In this document: positions 26,125 to 32,000 of the stretch, one piece after another
Position numbering within the stretch: position 1 is the first letter of the stretch
Layout of the letters: every line of letters starts with the position of its first letter
Assembly (NCBI GenBank): GCA_963662715.1
Contig: OY759724.1
Span: 2,970,001-3,002,000, forward strand
DNA length: 32,000 bases
Reading direction: 5' to 3'
Source of the DNA: Candidatus Omnitrophota bacterium
GTDB taxonomy: Bacteria > Omnitrophota > Gorgyraeia > Zapsychrales > JANLHA01
The notes under the pieces: model-generated
Told to the model about the DNA's origin: nothing
Database searches by the model: none
The model's input: only the letters and a program-made list of their open reading frames with translations
Made by a program: the position numbers and the translations under genes

Positions 26125-26325
26125 ATGGAAAAAGCAAAGGTATTAGCAAAAAGTTCAACAGGCAATGTTTCAAGATGTCCTGGCGGATGCATTCATTTAA
26201 ATATCCCGGGGATATCCTTACATCTGACAGAATTACAGTTTATCACGCTGTCGAGAATGATGCAGGATGCGTCATCCTGCCTTATGGACGAGTCCCTGAA
26301 GATTCTCCTGGATGACACAAACTAA
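26125..26325 (+). CDS. Small hypothetical protein (66 aa), first gene of the flavodoxin operon
   Basis: ATG 26125 lies 7 nt after RBS GAGGAGG. The product has a CPGGC motif and no family I recognise. The overlapping ORF at 26118 starts directly against the RBS and was not chosen. Confidence 0.45.
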   Translation: MEKAKVLAKSSTGNVSRCPGGCIHLNIPGISLHLTELQFITLSRMMQDASSCLMDESLKILLDDTN

Positions 26326-26342
26326 TAGGAGGAAATAAAGGA

Positions 26343-26754
26343 ATGTCAAAGGCAATCATTGTTTATGGTAGCACGACCGGAACAACGGAAGACATGTCTC
26401 AAATAGTGGCTCAGGGAATTAAGGCTTCAGAATTTGAGCTCACGGTAAAAAAAGTATCCGATTCCACCCCGGAAGAATTAATGGGTTACGATCTGCTTGT
26501 TTTAGGCTGCTCCACCTGGGGTGACGGTGATCTTCAGGATGACTTTGTTGATTTTGAAAAAAAGCTACGGGCAACTAACTTAAGAGGAAAAAAAGCGGCT
26601 GTTTTTGGCCCGGGAGAGAGCTCTTATCCCCAATTCTGCAAATCTGTGGATATCTTGGAAGAGACGCTTTACCGAAGGATTAAAAGTAGATGTATCGGAA
26701 GGTGATTTTACCGCTAATCTCCAAGAGTGGAGCAAGCGCCTGTTAACCGCTTAA
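26343..26754 (+). pseudogene. Short-chain flavodoxin with a disrupted reading frame (frameshift/internal deletion near 26665-26675)
   Basis: Residues 1-108 match flavodoxin well: KAIIVYGSTTGTTE FMN-phosphate loop, LVLGCSTWGDGDLQDDF, GKKAAVFGPGESSY. After DILEETL the listed frame gives YRRIKSRCIGR-stop. The flavodoxin C-terminus (TEGLKVDVSEGDFTANLQEWSKRLLTA-stop at 26752-26754) continues in a different reading frame. Confidence 0.7.
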
Positions 26755-26767
26755 AAGATGACTCAAA

Positions 26768-27133
26768 ATGGACCGGGAAGAGATTATGTCAATTTTTGAC
26801 CATCATATTTATGAATACAAGAAAGGGCTGCGGGGGCTGGTTCTTCATACTGTACCGAAGGAATTAGCGCAGGGGTTAAAAATTAAATTAGCGAAACAAT
26901 CGATCCCTTTCGTCATACATGAATTGACGGATAAAAAGTGCAACCTTTTTTTCGGTGATCCTTTATGTTTGGATGTGCTTAAGCAGTTCGGAGAAAAAAG
27001 ATTAAATGATTTAAGCGTCGAAGAGGACTTTATCTTGGGAATCATGTTGGGATACGGCCAACAGCAGCAATGTCAAAGATACCTAATGCGAAAAAAAGGG
27101 CGGCTGTTCAACAAGCATCAGCAGTATTGTTGA
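26768..27133 (+). CDS. Conserved hypothetical protein (DUF2023-like; alternative start at 26786)
   Basis: The opening MSIFDHHIYEYKKGLRGLVLHT resembles what I remember of the DUF2023 family, which often neighbours flavodoxin and iron-regulated genes in anaerobes. This assignment is from memory and has not been verified. Confidence 0.45.
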   Translation: MDREEIMSIFDHHIYEYKKGLRGLVLHTVPKELAQGLKIKLAKQSIPFVIHELTDKKCNLFFGDPLCLDVLKQFGEKRLNDLSVEEDFILGIMLGYGQQQQCQRYLMRKKGRLFNKHQQYC

Positions 27134-27166
27134 GCAACATGAGAGCATATATGAAAGGTGATAAGA

Positions 27167-27292
27167 ATGGGAAAACAATGTTCATGTAATGGCAAATGCG
27201 GTGACAACTGCCGCTGCAAGGAAGCTAAAAAAAATCAGAAAATATCTTTGGAGAAAAAAGATCAGGACATTGTCTTGAAAAAAATACGATAA
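27167..27292 (+). CDS. Cys-rich 41-aa peptide (not in the supplied ORF track)
   Basis: My translation is MGKQCSCNGKCGDNCRCKEAKKNQKISLEKKDQDIVLKKIR. It has six Cys within 13 residues (metallothionein-like CxC...C...CxC spacing) followed by a Lys-rich tail. AAAGGTGA sits 4-6 nt upstream of the ATG. Confidence 0.35.
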   Translation: MGKQCSCNGKCGDNCRCKEAKKNQKISLEKKDQDIVLKKIR

Positions 27293-27324
27293 CTCACAGA
27301 CGGGAATTGTCGGGAGAGAAGAAA

Positions 27325-27537
27325 ATGACTTCATCGCATGAAGCCGTTATGGCACGAATAGAAAATCTGTACCGGATGCTGTTTGATCATAATGGATATG
27401 GTGAGATGACGATCGAGATCCGGTATCTGCGGAAAAAAGAGAAGGAAGTGTTGATCCGCTGCGGGAAGCAGTACCGTTTTGTGGTACCATGCGACTGCAC
27501 AGATAATTATCAGGAAAAATGCCTTTGTCATGAATAA
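27325..27537 (+). CDS. Small protein (70 aa), possibly YezD/DUF2292-like with a Cys-rich tail
   Basis: ATG 27325 is preceded by GGGAGAGAAG. The core GYGEMTIEIRYLRKKEKEVLIRCGKQYRF resembles the YGSV-x-I-x-V...EK-x-R pattern of YezD-type proteins. The C-terminus is PCDCTDNYQEKCLCHE. Confidence 0.4.
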   Translation: MTSSHEAVMARIENLYRMLFDHNGYGEMTIEIRYLRKKEKEVLIRCGKQYRFVVPCDCTDNYQEKCLCHE

Positions 27538-27759
27538 GGCAAAACAGAATGACAAACAAAGACCCGCCCCGCGTGGCGCGGGAAGGCTGGATAAAGAAAG
27601 GAGGTGGAAACGGACAAAAATTCAGGTTGCGGGAAAGGTTTTCGCGCCATTGAACAGGAAAAATAAAAAAACAACGACGGGCTTGTCCATAAGGGAGCCG
27701 TCTCAAAATACGAAGAACGTCATACCCATGACGTGAGAAAAAACAAAAGGAGTTTTAGA

Positions 27760-28593
27760 ATGAGAAGTATTCACAAAAAAATGAAAAAGACGAGCGGGTT
27801 CACGCTCATTGAGCTGTTGATCGTCATTGGCTTACTCGGCGCCCTGACCGCACTGGTCCTGCCGACTTTAACCGCTGACCGCGAAGAAGCCTTGGGTAGT
27901 GTCTGTGATTACAACCAGGCTGGCACGGTTCGAGTGCTTAAACAGTATGAAAGCCTGACCGGCGGTTATCCGGCAGATATGCACAACGGGATGACTTTAA
28001 CTTCAGCTAGCGCCCTTGCGATGCCCGGACTTCCGGATGCGCAAACTACTAACATGGGTGATGGCACCACAATTCCAGCCACTACATTGTATGATTTGAC
28101 AGACTATCACGGTAACTCACTTAGAGAAGCCGGTATTACAAGTATCACCTCGGGTACTGGTCTTAATCGTACAAATATTCCGGAAACAGCTACACCTTCA
28201 GGGGCTGCCTTAGGCATTAACGTAGCGGCCGCTACCTCTTGGATAGACGATGGTGGTGTTGCTTACCAATTTGACGGGATTACTTTAGCAGACTGGGAAG
28301 GAACTCCCGCGAATACACCAAGCTGGGACACTTCTACTGGTAAGGTCATCTGTCTGTGGATCGCACCGACTATTGACTGGTCTTCCGGCACTGGTGTTAA
28401 CACCGACTGGTCCAAGGGCAGCGTGCAGATGGGCATCGAACTCGAAGGTCAGTGCCCAATCCCAGCGACCAGCGTTAGCGGCGGCGATCCTGAATTCGCC
28501 TATTACATGGCGTACTTCAAGGTCTACGATGACGGAAGTGCCGCTAAACTTATCGGGACATCATGTCCTGAGTGCGGAATCATGAATCCGTAA
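27760..28593 (+). CDS. Prepilin-type (class III signal peptide) protein, probable major pilin/pseudopilin, 277 aa
   Basis: Leader MRSIHKKMKKTSG, then FTLIELLIVIGLLGALTALVLP (Gly-1, Phe+1, Glu+5). RBS AAAGGAG at 27747-27753. C-terminal Cys residues (GQCPIP ... TSCPEC) could form a disulfide-bonded D-region. G+C is higher than in upstream genes. Confidence 0.85.
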   Translation: MRSIHKKMKKTSGFTLIELLIVIGLLGALTALVLPTLTADREEALGSVCDYNQAGTVRVLKQYESLTGGYPADMHNGMTLTSASALAMPGLPDAQTTNMGDGTTIPATTLYDLTDYHGNSLREAGITSITSGTGLNRTNIPETATPSGAALGINVAAATSWIDDGGVAYQFDGITLADWEGTPANTPSWDTSTGKVICLWIAPTIDWSSGTGVNTDWSKGSVQMGIELEGQCPIPATSVSGGDPEFAYYMAYFKVYDDGSAAKLIGTSCPECGIMNP

Positions 28594-28617
28594 TCGTTGT
28601 AAGTAGTTTTAGGTGCT

Positions 28618-28639
28618 AGGGGGCGCTTAGGCGTCCCCT
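28618..28639 (+). other. Stable intergenic stem-loop directly after the first pilin gene
   Basis: AGGGGGCGC-TTAG-GCGTCCCCT forms a 9-bp stem including one G-U pair. No U-run follows. It could attenuate read-through or stabilise the mRNA. Confidence 0.45.
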
Positions 28640-28683
28640 CAGCATCAATAAAGAAAAAAGACTTATTATTTAGGAAATAGAGA

Positions 28684-29271
28684 ATGCAAAAAGATAACTT
28701 AAAAAACATAAAGCCGCGACTGTTATCGAGCTTGGCCGGATTTACATTGATCGAGCTTCTGATCGTCATCGGACTTTTGGGAGTACTCGCAAGTCTTGTA
28801 TTATCGAGTCTTCAGGTGCAGCGCACCGACGTGCTGGATAATTCCCTTGCACCGGCTGAAATGATGGATATCTGCAAAGCGTTTGTGGCGTTTGAAGCTG
28901 ACTGCGTGCCGACCTCTACGGACAGAACCCTTATCGAGCAATATGGCCTTGAAATTTTGATGGACTATGAATCTTCACGAGGCTGGTCATTTCCGGATGA
29001 ATTTGATTTTGATCGCGGCAAGGGTTGGCGCGGTCCATATATTGAAAGACAGGGCTCCCGGGAAGTAAACACCGTAAGCGGTCAGCCGCTGCTTAGCGGC
29101 GGGACAGATCTCCCTGTGGTTCATGATCCGTATTCCGATTTGCCGGACGATGAACACTATTACCGCGTGATCAAGCCAGCGGCCGAGACCAAACTGAAAT
29201 TGGTATTCATCGGCTCTGACGGCGCGCTGGGAACCGCGGATGATGTTGAACGCGTGCTTTTAACATGGTGA
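28684..29271 (+). CDS. Prepilin-type protein, GspG-like pseudopilin/minor pilin, 195 aa
   Basis: Leader ending LAG, then FTLIELLIVIGLLGVLASLVLSS (Glu+5). An internal GKGWRGPYI motif resembles the conserved W-G-x-P-Y of GspG-type pseudopilins. Confidence 0.82.
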   Translation: MQKDNLKNIKPRLLSSLAGFTLIELLIVIGLLGVLASLVLSSLQVQRTDVLDNSLAPAEMMDICKAFVAFEADCVPTSTDRTLIEQYGLEILMDYESSRGWSFPDEFDFDRGKGWRGPYIERQGSREVNTVSGQPLLSGGTDLPVVHDPYSDLPDDEHYYRVIKPAAETKLKLVFIGSDGALGTADDVERVLLTW

Positions 29272-29280
29272 GCATTAACA

Positions 29281-30513
29281 GTGAAAGATAAAACACGAAA
29301 ATTTATTTTGAAACGGCGAGCAGGTATGACCTTGATCGAACTGCTCATTGTCCTGGCCCTGATGGCAGGACTGGCTGGCATGGCGTTGACAACCGTAGGG
29401 GACATGGGCACGCGCGGCCGTTATGACGAAACCACCGCCCGCCTGCGTCTGATTCGCGAAGCGGTTGTGGGCAACGGCGCTGAACCGGGCCGTTTTCTGC
29501 GCGACATGGGCCGTTTACCGGTGGTGCAGTCGACAGATGACGGTAAAGTGCTTTCTGAACTATGGATCCCGGGAAGCACGTCGACCTATGCGTATGCGAT
29601 CGTGAGTTCCGAAGACTTAAAAGACGGAAGCGGTTCCATGAATTGGCCTTCTGCTGATTCGAGTTTGGACAATTACAGTTTGGTACCGCAAACGGTAGAC
29701 CTTCATTGTGGATGGAACGGTCCTTACTTTCAGGTAAATGATCCGGCTGACACGCGGTTATATGATGCTTTTGGAAACAATTTTCTTGCCGCCATAACAG
29801 CGACATCCGATCCTGATACAGCGAGCGAGTGGTACACGGACCCGGGCGAGACCGGCGAGCCGGGAGTTGGGGACACCATCTACGGTGTTCTGACCCGCGG
29901 GAGTGACGGAGATTTTACAGGTACGAGTTGGGACGAAGTCAATCGACCAGAATTTTTTGAGTATCCTGACACAACCAGTTTAGAGGTGAAAGTCATGGCT
30001 CAGGATTTATCCTTAAGCAATCCGGTCTGGGAATCACTCATTTATGCGCCGGCTTGGGCTGCGAGTGAGGCTAAATCAGCTAATGAAAGTATTGTCGATA
30101 CTACGGGAACATACGTGTTTAGGTGCATAACCGCAGGTACGACCGGAACAGCAGAGCCTGTTTGGGATACGGCCGCTGTCGGCAACCAGACTACCGATAA
30201 CGGAGTATCGTGGGTATACCTCGGTGAAACCGCAAAAAAGAGACAGTATGTCAACCGGTTGCGTGTGGCATTCTTTATTCCCACAGTAAACAGTACAACA
30301 TCCGTTGTGGATTGGTTCCTTACTCCGCTGGAATCGATTGCCGTTCAGTCTCCGGTTGTTTTTAATGATCCTTCCATAACACCGGGTTTGCGTAAGGTGT
30401 GCGCCTATGCCTTTCTAAACGGGAATAATTCTTCATTGAGGATACTCAGCAATACGGTTGAGACTGTGGATATGCATTTTGGAGCGAATCATGTTACCCT
30501 TTATCTTCGTTAG
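29281..30513 (+). CDS. Prepilin-type protein, large (410 aa) minor pilin/pseudopilin
   Basis: GTG start with GGTGAG upstream. Leader MKDKTRKFILKRRAG, then MTLIELLIVLALMAGLAGMAL (Glu+5). It contains a GWNGPYFQV motif. The ~350-aa C-terminal region has no domain I recognise. Confidence 0.8.
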   Translation: MKDKTRKFILKRRAGMTLIELLIVLALMAGLAGMALTTVGDMGTRGRYDETTARLRLIREAVVGNGAEPGRFLRDMGRLPVVQSTDDGKVLSELWIPGSTSTYAYAIVSSEDLKDGSGSMNWPSADSSLDNYSLVPQTVDLHCGWNGPYFQVNDPADTRLYDAFGNNFLAAITATSDPDTASEWYTDPGETGEPGVGDTIYGVLTRGSDGDFTGTSWDEVNRPEFFEYPDTTSLEVKVMAQDLSLSNPVWESLIYAPAWAASEAKSANESIVDTTGTYVFRCITAGTTGTAEPVWDTAAVGNQTTDNGVSWVYLGETAKKRQYVNRLRVAFFIPTVNSTTSVVDWFLTPLESIAVQSPVVFNDPSITPGLRKVCAYAFLNGNNSSLRILSNTVETVDMHFGANHVTLYLR

Positions 30514-30680
30514 GGAATACAGAGATAGAAAAGATCAAAAAGGCATACAAAAAATGCAGGAGAGGTTCGGGGCGGCACGACAGAAGATTTCTTTATTGAC
30601 GGTCTCCATAAGGATGACGTTGTGTTAAAGGATTTGTCTGGCGAGAGAATTATAGGTTGAGAACGGAGGGGAAGGACGCG

Positions 30681-32000
30681 ATGAAAAAGACCGTGAAAAA
30701 ATCACCAGGACATTCAAAAGGATTATTTCGGCGCCGTTGGCGCCGGCCGCTGGCCGTGGCCGTGCATGACGGAACGGCATGGACTATGACGATTTTATCT
30801 CTGTCGGGCGGACAGTGGCGTGCGGGTGCGCCGGTGGAATGCGATTCACGCAACGGGCGTCAGATCCCGAGAGTCCTTCTTGATGCCGCAGCGCAGTCCG
30901 GTGTGCGTCGTCTGCGTCTGCTGTTGAGCGGTGATCCGCGGATTTTTTCGATCGAAGCGCATCATGAGCTTTTTCCGGAGGAATTGCAGTCCGCTTTGCG
31001 TTTTGAGGCCAAAGGGGAACTTGGCGCGGATGCCGAAGATATGCGGTTTGCCGCCGCACTGGTCTCACAATACGATATGGGCGCCGGGCGTCAGGATGTC
31101 CTGACAGCCGGGTTCGCCATTGAAAGTCTTGAGCAGTTTGCCGCTAACGCCCAGCGGGCCGGACTTGATTTTGAATCTGCCGGCGCTCTGGAATCCGCTA
31201 TTTTAAAATGGCATTCGTCACGCTCGCCGGAAAAGCGGCTGTTGTTCGTTCGAGAGAAAACGAGTTTTTATGTTGTTCCGGCCGATAATGCGCAGCCGTT
31301 TTGGGTGACAACCCTGCCGTTGGGTTTGGACGCTTTGCATGATCCTGTTGCCAGGGAGCGCGCGAAACGGGCGCATGAACGCCTAGCCGCGCACAAGACC
31401 TTACCTTTGTGTGTCGTCATCGCCGGAAATGGAAAGAAAGAGAAGTGTTTAGAAATAGAACCGCTGTTGGGCGGGGCCAGGGATATTGATATCATATCCT
31501 TGAAAGACATGCTATCCGAAGTCGTGTCTTGTGCCGCTTATGTACGGGAAAGCGGGCTTGATTCGCCTTGTGGGCTGATCGGCCTTCCTCCGGCTCCCCG
31601 CGATCCGCACCGGCACGGCACAGTGATCTTTTTTTTCATCCTTTTGATGACGTTGGGATGGATCGTCTTTCAGCGGCAGGCATATATTCAGAAAATCAAC
31701 CGGGCCCAACAGAGCCTGGAGAGATGGGAAGACCTTCAAACACAACGCCAAACAGCAAAAACTTCAGCCGGGAATTTGCGCGATCAGCTTGACCGTCAAC
31801 GTGCCGGTTTGCGTTTGCTGTCCAAACACCAGCCGCTTCCCCGCGGGATATTAACTATTCTTGACGCTGTCGCCCGTCATATGCCGGAATATTCACGGCT
31901 TGAATCGATCCGTCAGATAGAAGACGGTTTGGAAATCACAGGTATTACCCGTTGGCAGGAAGGGCTGTCTCAGTTGGATGAAGGGTTGCGGAAGGCTGCG
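30681..32000 (+). CDS. PilM/PilN-like (GspL-like) pilus/T2SS assembly fusion protein; 3' end lies outside the window; absent from the supplied ORF track
   Basis: I translated ATG 30681 through 32000: 440 codons with no stop. RBS GGAGGGG at 30665-30671. The product has a ~310-aa cytoplasmic domain and a single TM helix (TVIFFFILLMTLGWIVF, nt ~31620-31673). A Q/R-rich coiled coil follows (INRAQQSLERWEDLQTQRQTAKTSAGNLRDQLDRQRAGL), then a PilN-like segment (ILTILDAVARHMPEYSRLESIRQIEDGLEITGIT). It sits directly downstream of three pilin genes. Confidence 0.7.
   Translation, partial: MKKTVKKSPGHSKGLFRRRWRRPLAVAVHDGTAWTMTILSLSGGQWRAGAPVECDSRNGRQIPRVLLDAAAQSGVRRLRLLLSGDPRIFSIEAHHELFPEELQSALRFEAKGELGADAEDMRFAAALVSQYDMGAGRQDVLTAGFAIESLEQFAANAQRAGLDFESAGALESAILKWHSSRSPEKRLLFVREKTSFYVVPADNAQPFWVTTLPLGLDALHDPVARERAKRAHERLAAHKTLPLCVVIAGNGKKEKCLEIEPLLGGARDIDIISLKDMLSEVVSCAAYVRESGLDSPCGLIGLPPAPRDPHRHGTVIFFFILLMTLGWIVFQRQAYIQKINRAQQSLERWEDLQTQRQTAKTSAGNLRDQLDRQRAGLRLLSKHQPLPRGILTILDAVARHMPEYSRLESIRQIEDGLEITGITRWQEGLSQLDEGLRKAA

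Noticed and set aside
26118-26315. 65-aa ORF overlapping the 26125..26325 ORF in another frame
   Set aside because: Its ATG directly abuts the GAGGAGG RBS (zero spacing), whereas ATG 26125 has a 7-nt spacer. Only one of the two frames can plausibly be translated.
27560-27640. Sigma-54 (-24 GG / -12 GC) promoter upstream of the pilin gene
   Set aside because: The candidate TGGCGCGGGAAGGCT has the GG and GC elements one nucleotide too close and lacks the TTGC core. No other GG-N10-GC match with consensus flanks was seen.
27479-27736. 85-aa highly basic ORF spanning the leader upstream of the first pilin gene (internal ATG at 27530 overlaps the preceding stop)
   Set aside because: It has no RBS and a Lys/Arg-rich low-complexity product. 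It runs through the hairpins of what looks like an untranslated leader. I kept it as non-coding, though translation has not been excluded.
29160-30284. Minus-strand ORFs 29160..29411, 29345..29806 and 30042..30284
   Set aside because: All lie antisense to the prepilin genes, whose class III signal peptides fix the coding strand. Elevated G+C in this region reduces stop-codon frequency in non-coding frames.
30650-31792. Track ORFs 30650..30853(-), 30784..31068(-), 31268..31510(-), 31512..31751(-) and 31568..31792(+)
   Set aside because: They tile the region covered by a single uninterrupted 440-codon + strand frame (30681-32000). That frame has a good RBS and a coherent domain architecture. 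The short ORFs yield Arg/Pro/Ala-rich products typical of off-frame translation of G+C-rich coding DNA.
1-32000. Search for CRISPR arrays, tRNA/rRNA genes, IS elements/integrases, toxin-antitoxin pairs, reverse transcriptases, and nuclease/helicase defence modules
   Set aside because: I saw none of the following: regularly spaced direct repeats; a tRNA-like T-arm (GGTTCGAATCC-type) motif; transposase DDE, tyrosine- or serine-recombinase signatures; a YADD reverse-transcriptase motif; Walker-A helicase/nuclease combinations. The only P-loop proteins are RsgA and FeoB.

Overview
Bacterial chromosomal segment, AT-rich over most of its length (hand counts of single 60-nt lines: 16/60 G+C at 15061-15120, 23/60 at 23041-23100). 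I count about 37 protein genes, all but one on the + strand. They are tightly packed and often translationally coupled through ATGA overlaps.

Gene order:
- partial CPA-type cation/proton antiporter
- a small membrane protein, the only minus-strand gene
- SAM methyltransferase
- secreted MBL-fold hydrolase
- CorA
- a coupled cassette of polytopic membrane protein + radical-SAM/SPASM enzyme + GT2 glycosyltransferase
- zinc-ribbon membrane protein
- methyltransferase
- RsgA
- tandem DUF3795-like Cys-rich protein
- GT17-like glycosyltransferase
- a secreted protein built from three internal repeats
- a decayed methyltransferase remnant followed by an intact methyltransferase
- an orphan membrane-anchored protein
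- a CPA2 antiporter fused to a PTS-EIIA domain
- a MATE efflux pump bracketed by a ~49-nt direct repeat
- a HEAT-repeat protein
- an iron module: DtxR-family repressor, feoA-feoA-feoB, an unlisted FeoB-associated Cys-rich peptide and a methyltransferase, with two copies of a palindromic operator
- a flavodoxin operon in which the flavodoxin reading frame is broken
- a type IV pilus / T2SS-like cluster of three prepilin-type genes plus a 440-codon PilM/PilN-like fusion ORF. The supplied ORF track omits this ORF because it runs off the window end. G+C rises here to roughly 60% (38/60 at 30841-30900).

I saw no rRNA, tRNA, CRISPR array, transposase/integrase or recognisable defence system.

The candidates for something new are modest:
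- the G+C-shifted pilus-like cluster with its hidden ORF
- the membrane-protein/radical-SAM-SPASM/GT2 cassette
- the repeat-flanked MATE gene
- the small-ORF/hairpin region between the feo and flavodoxin operons

All functional calls rest on motif recognition by eye. None has been checked against a database.
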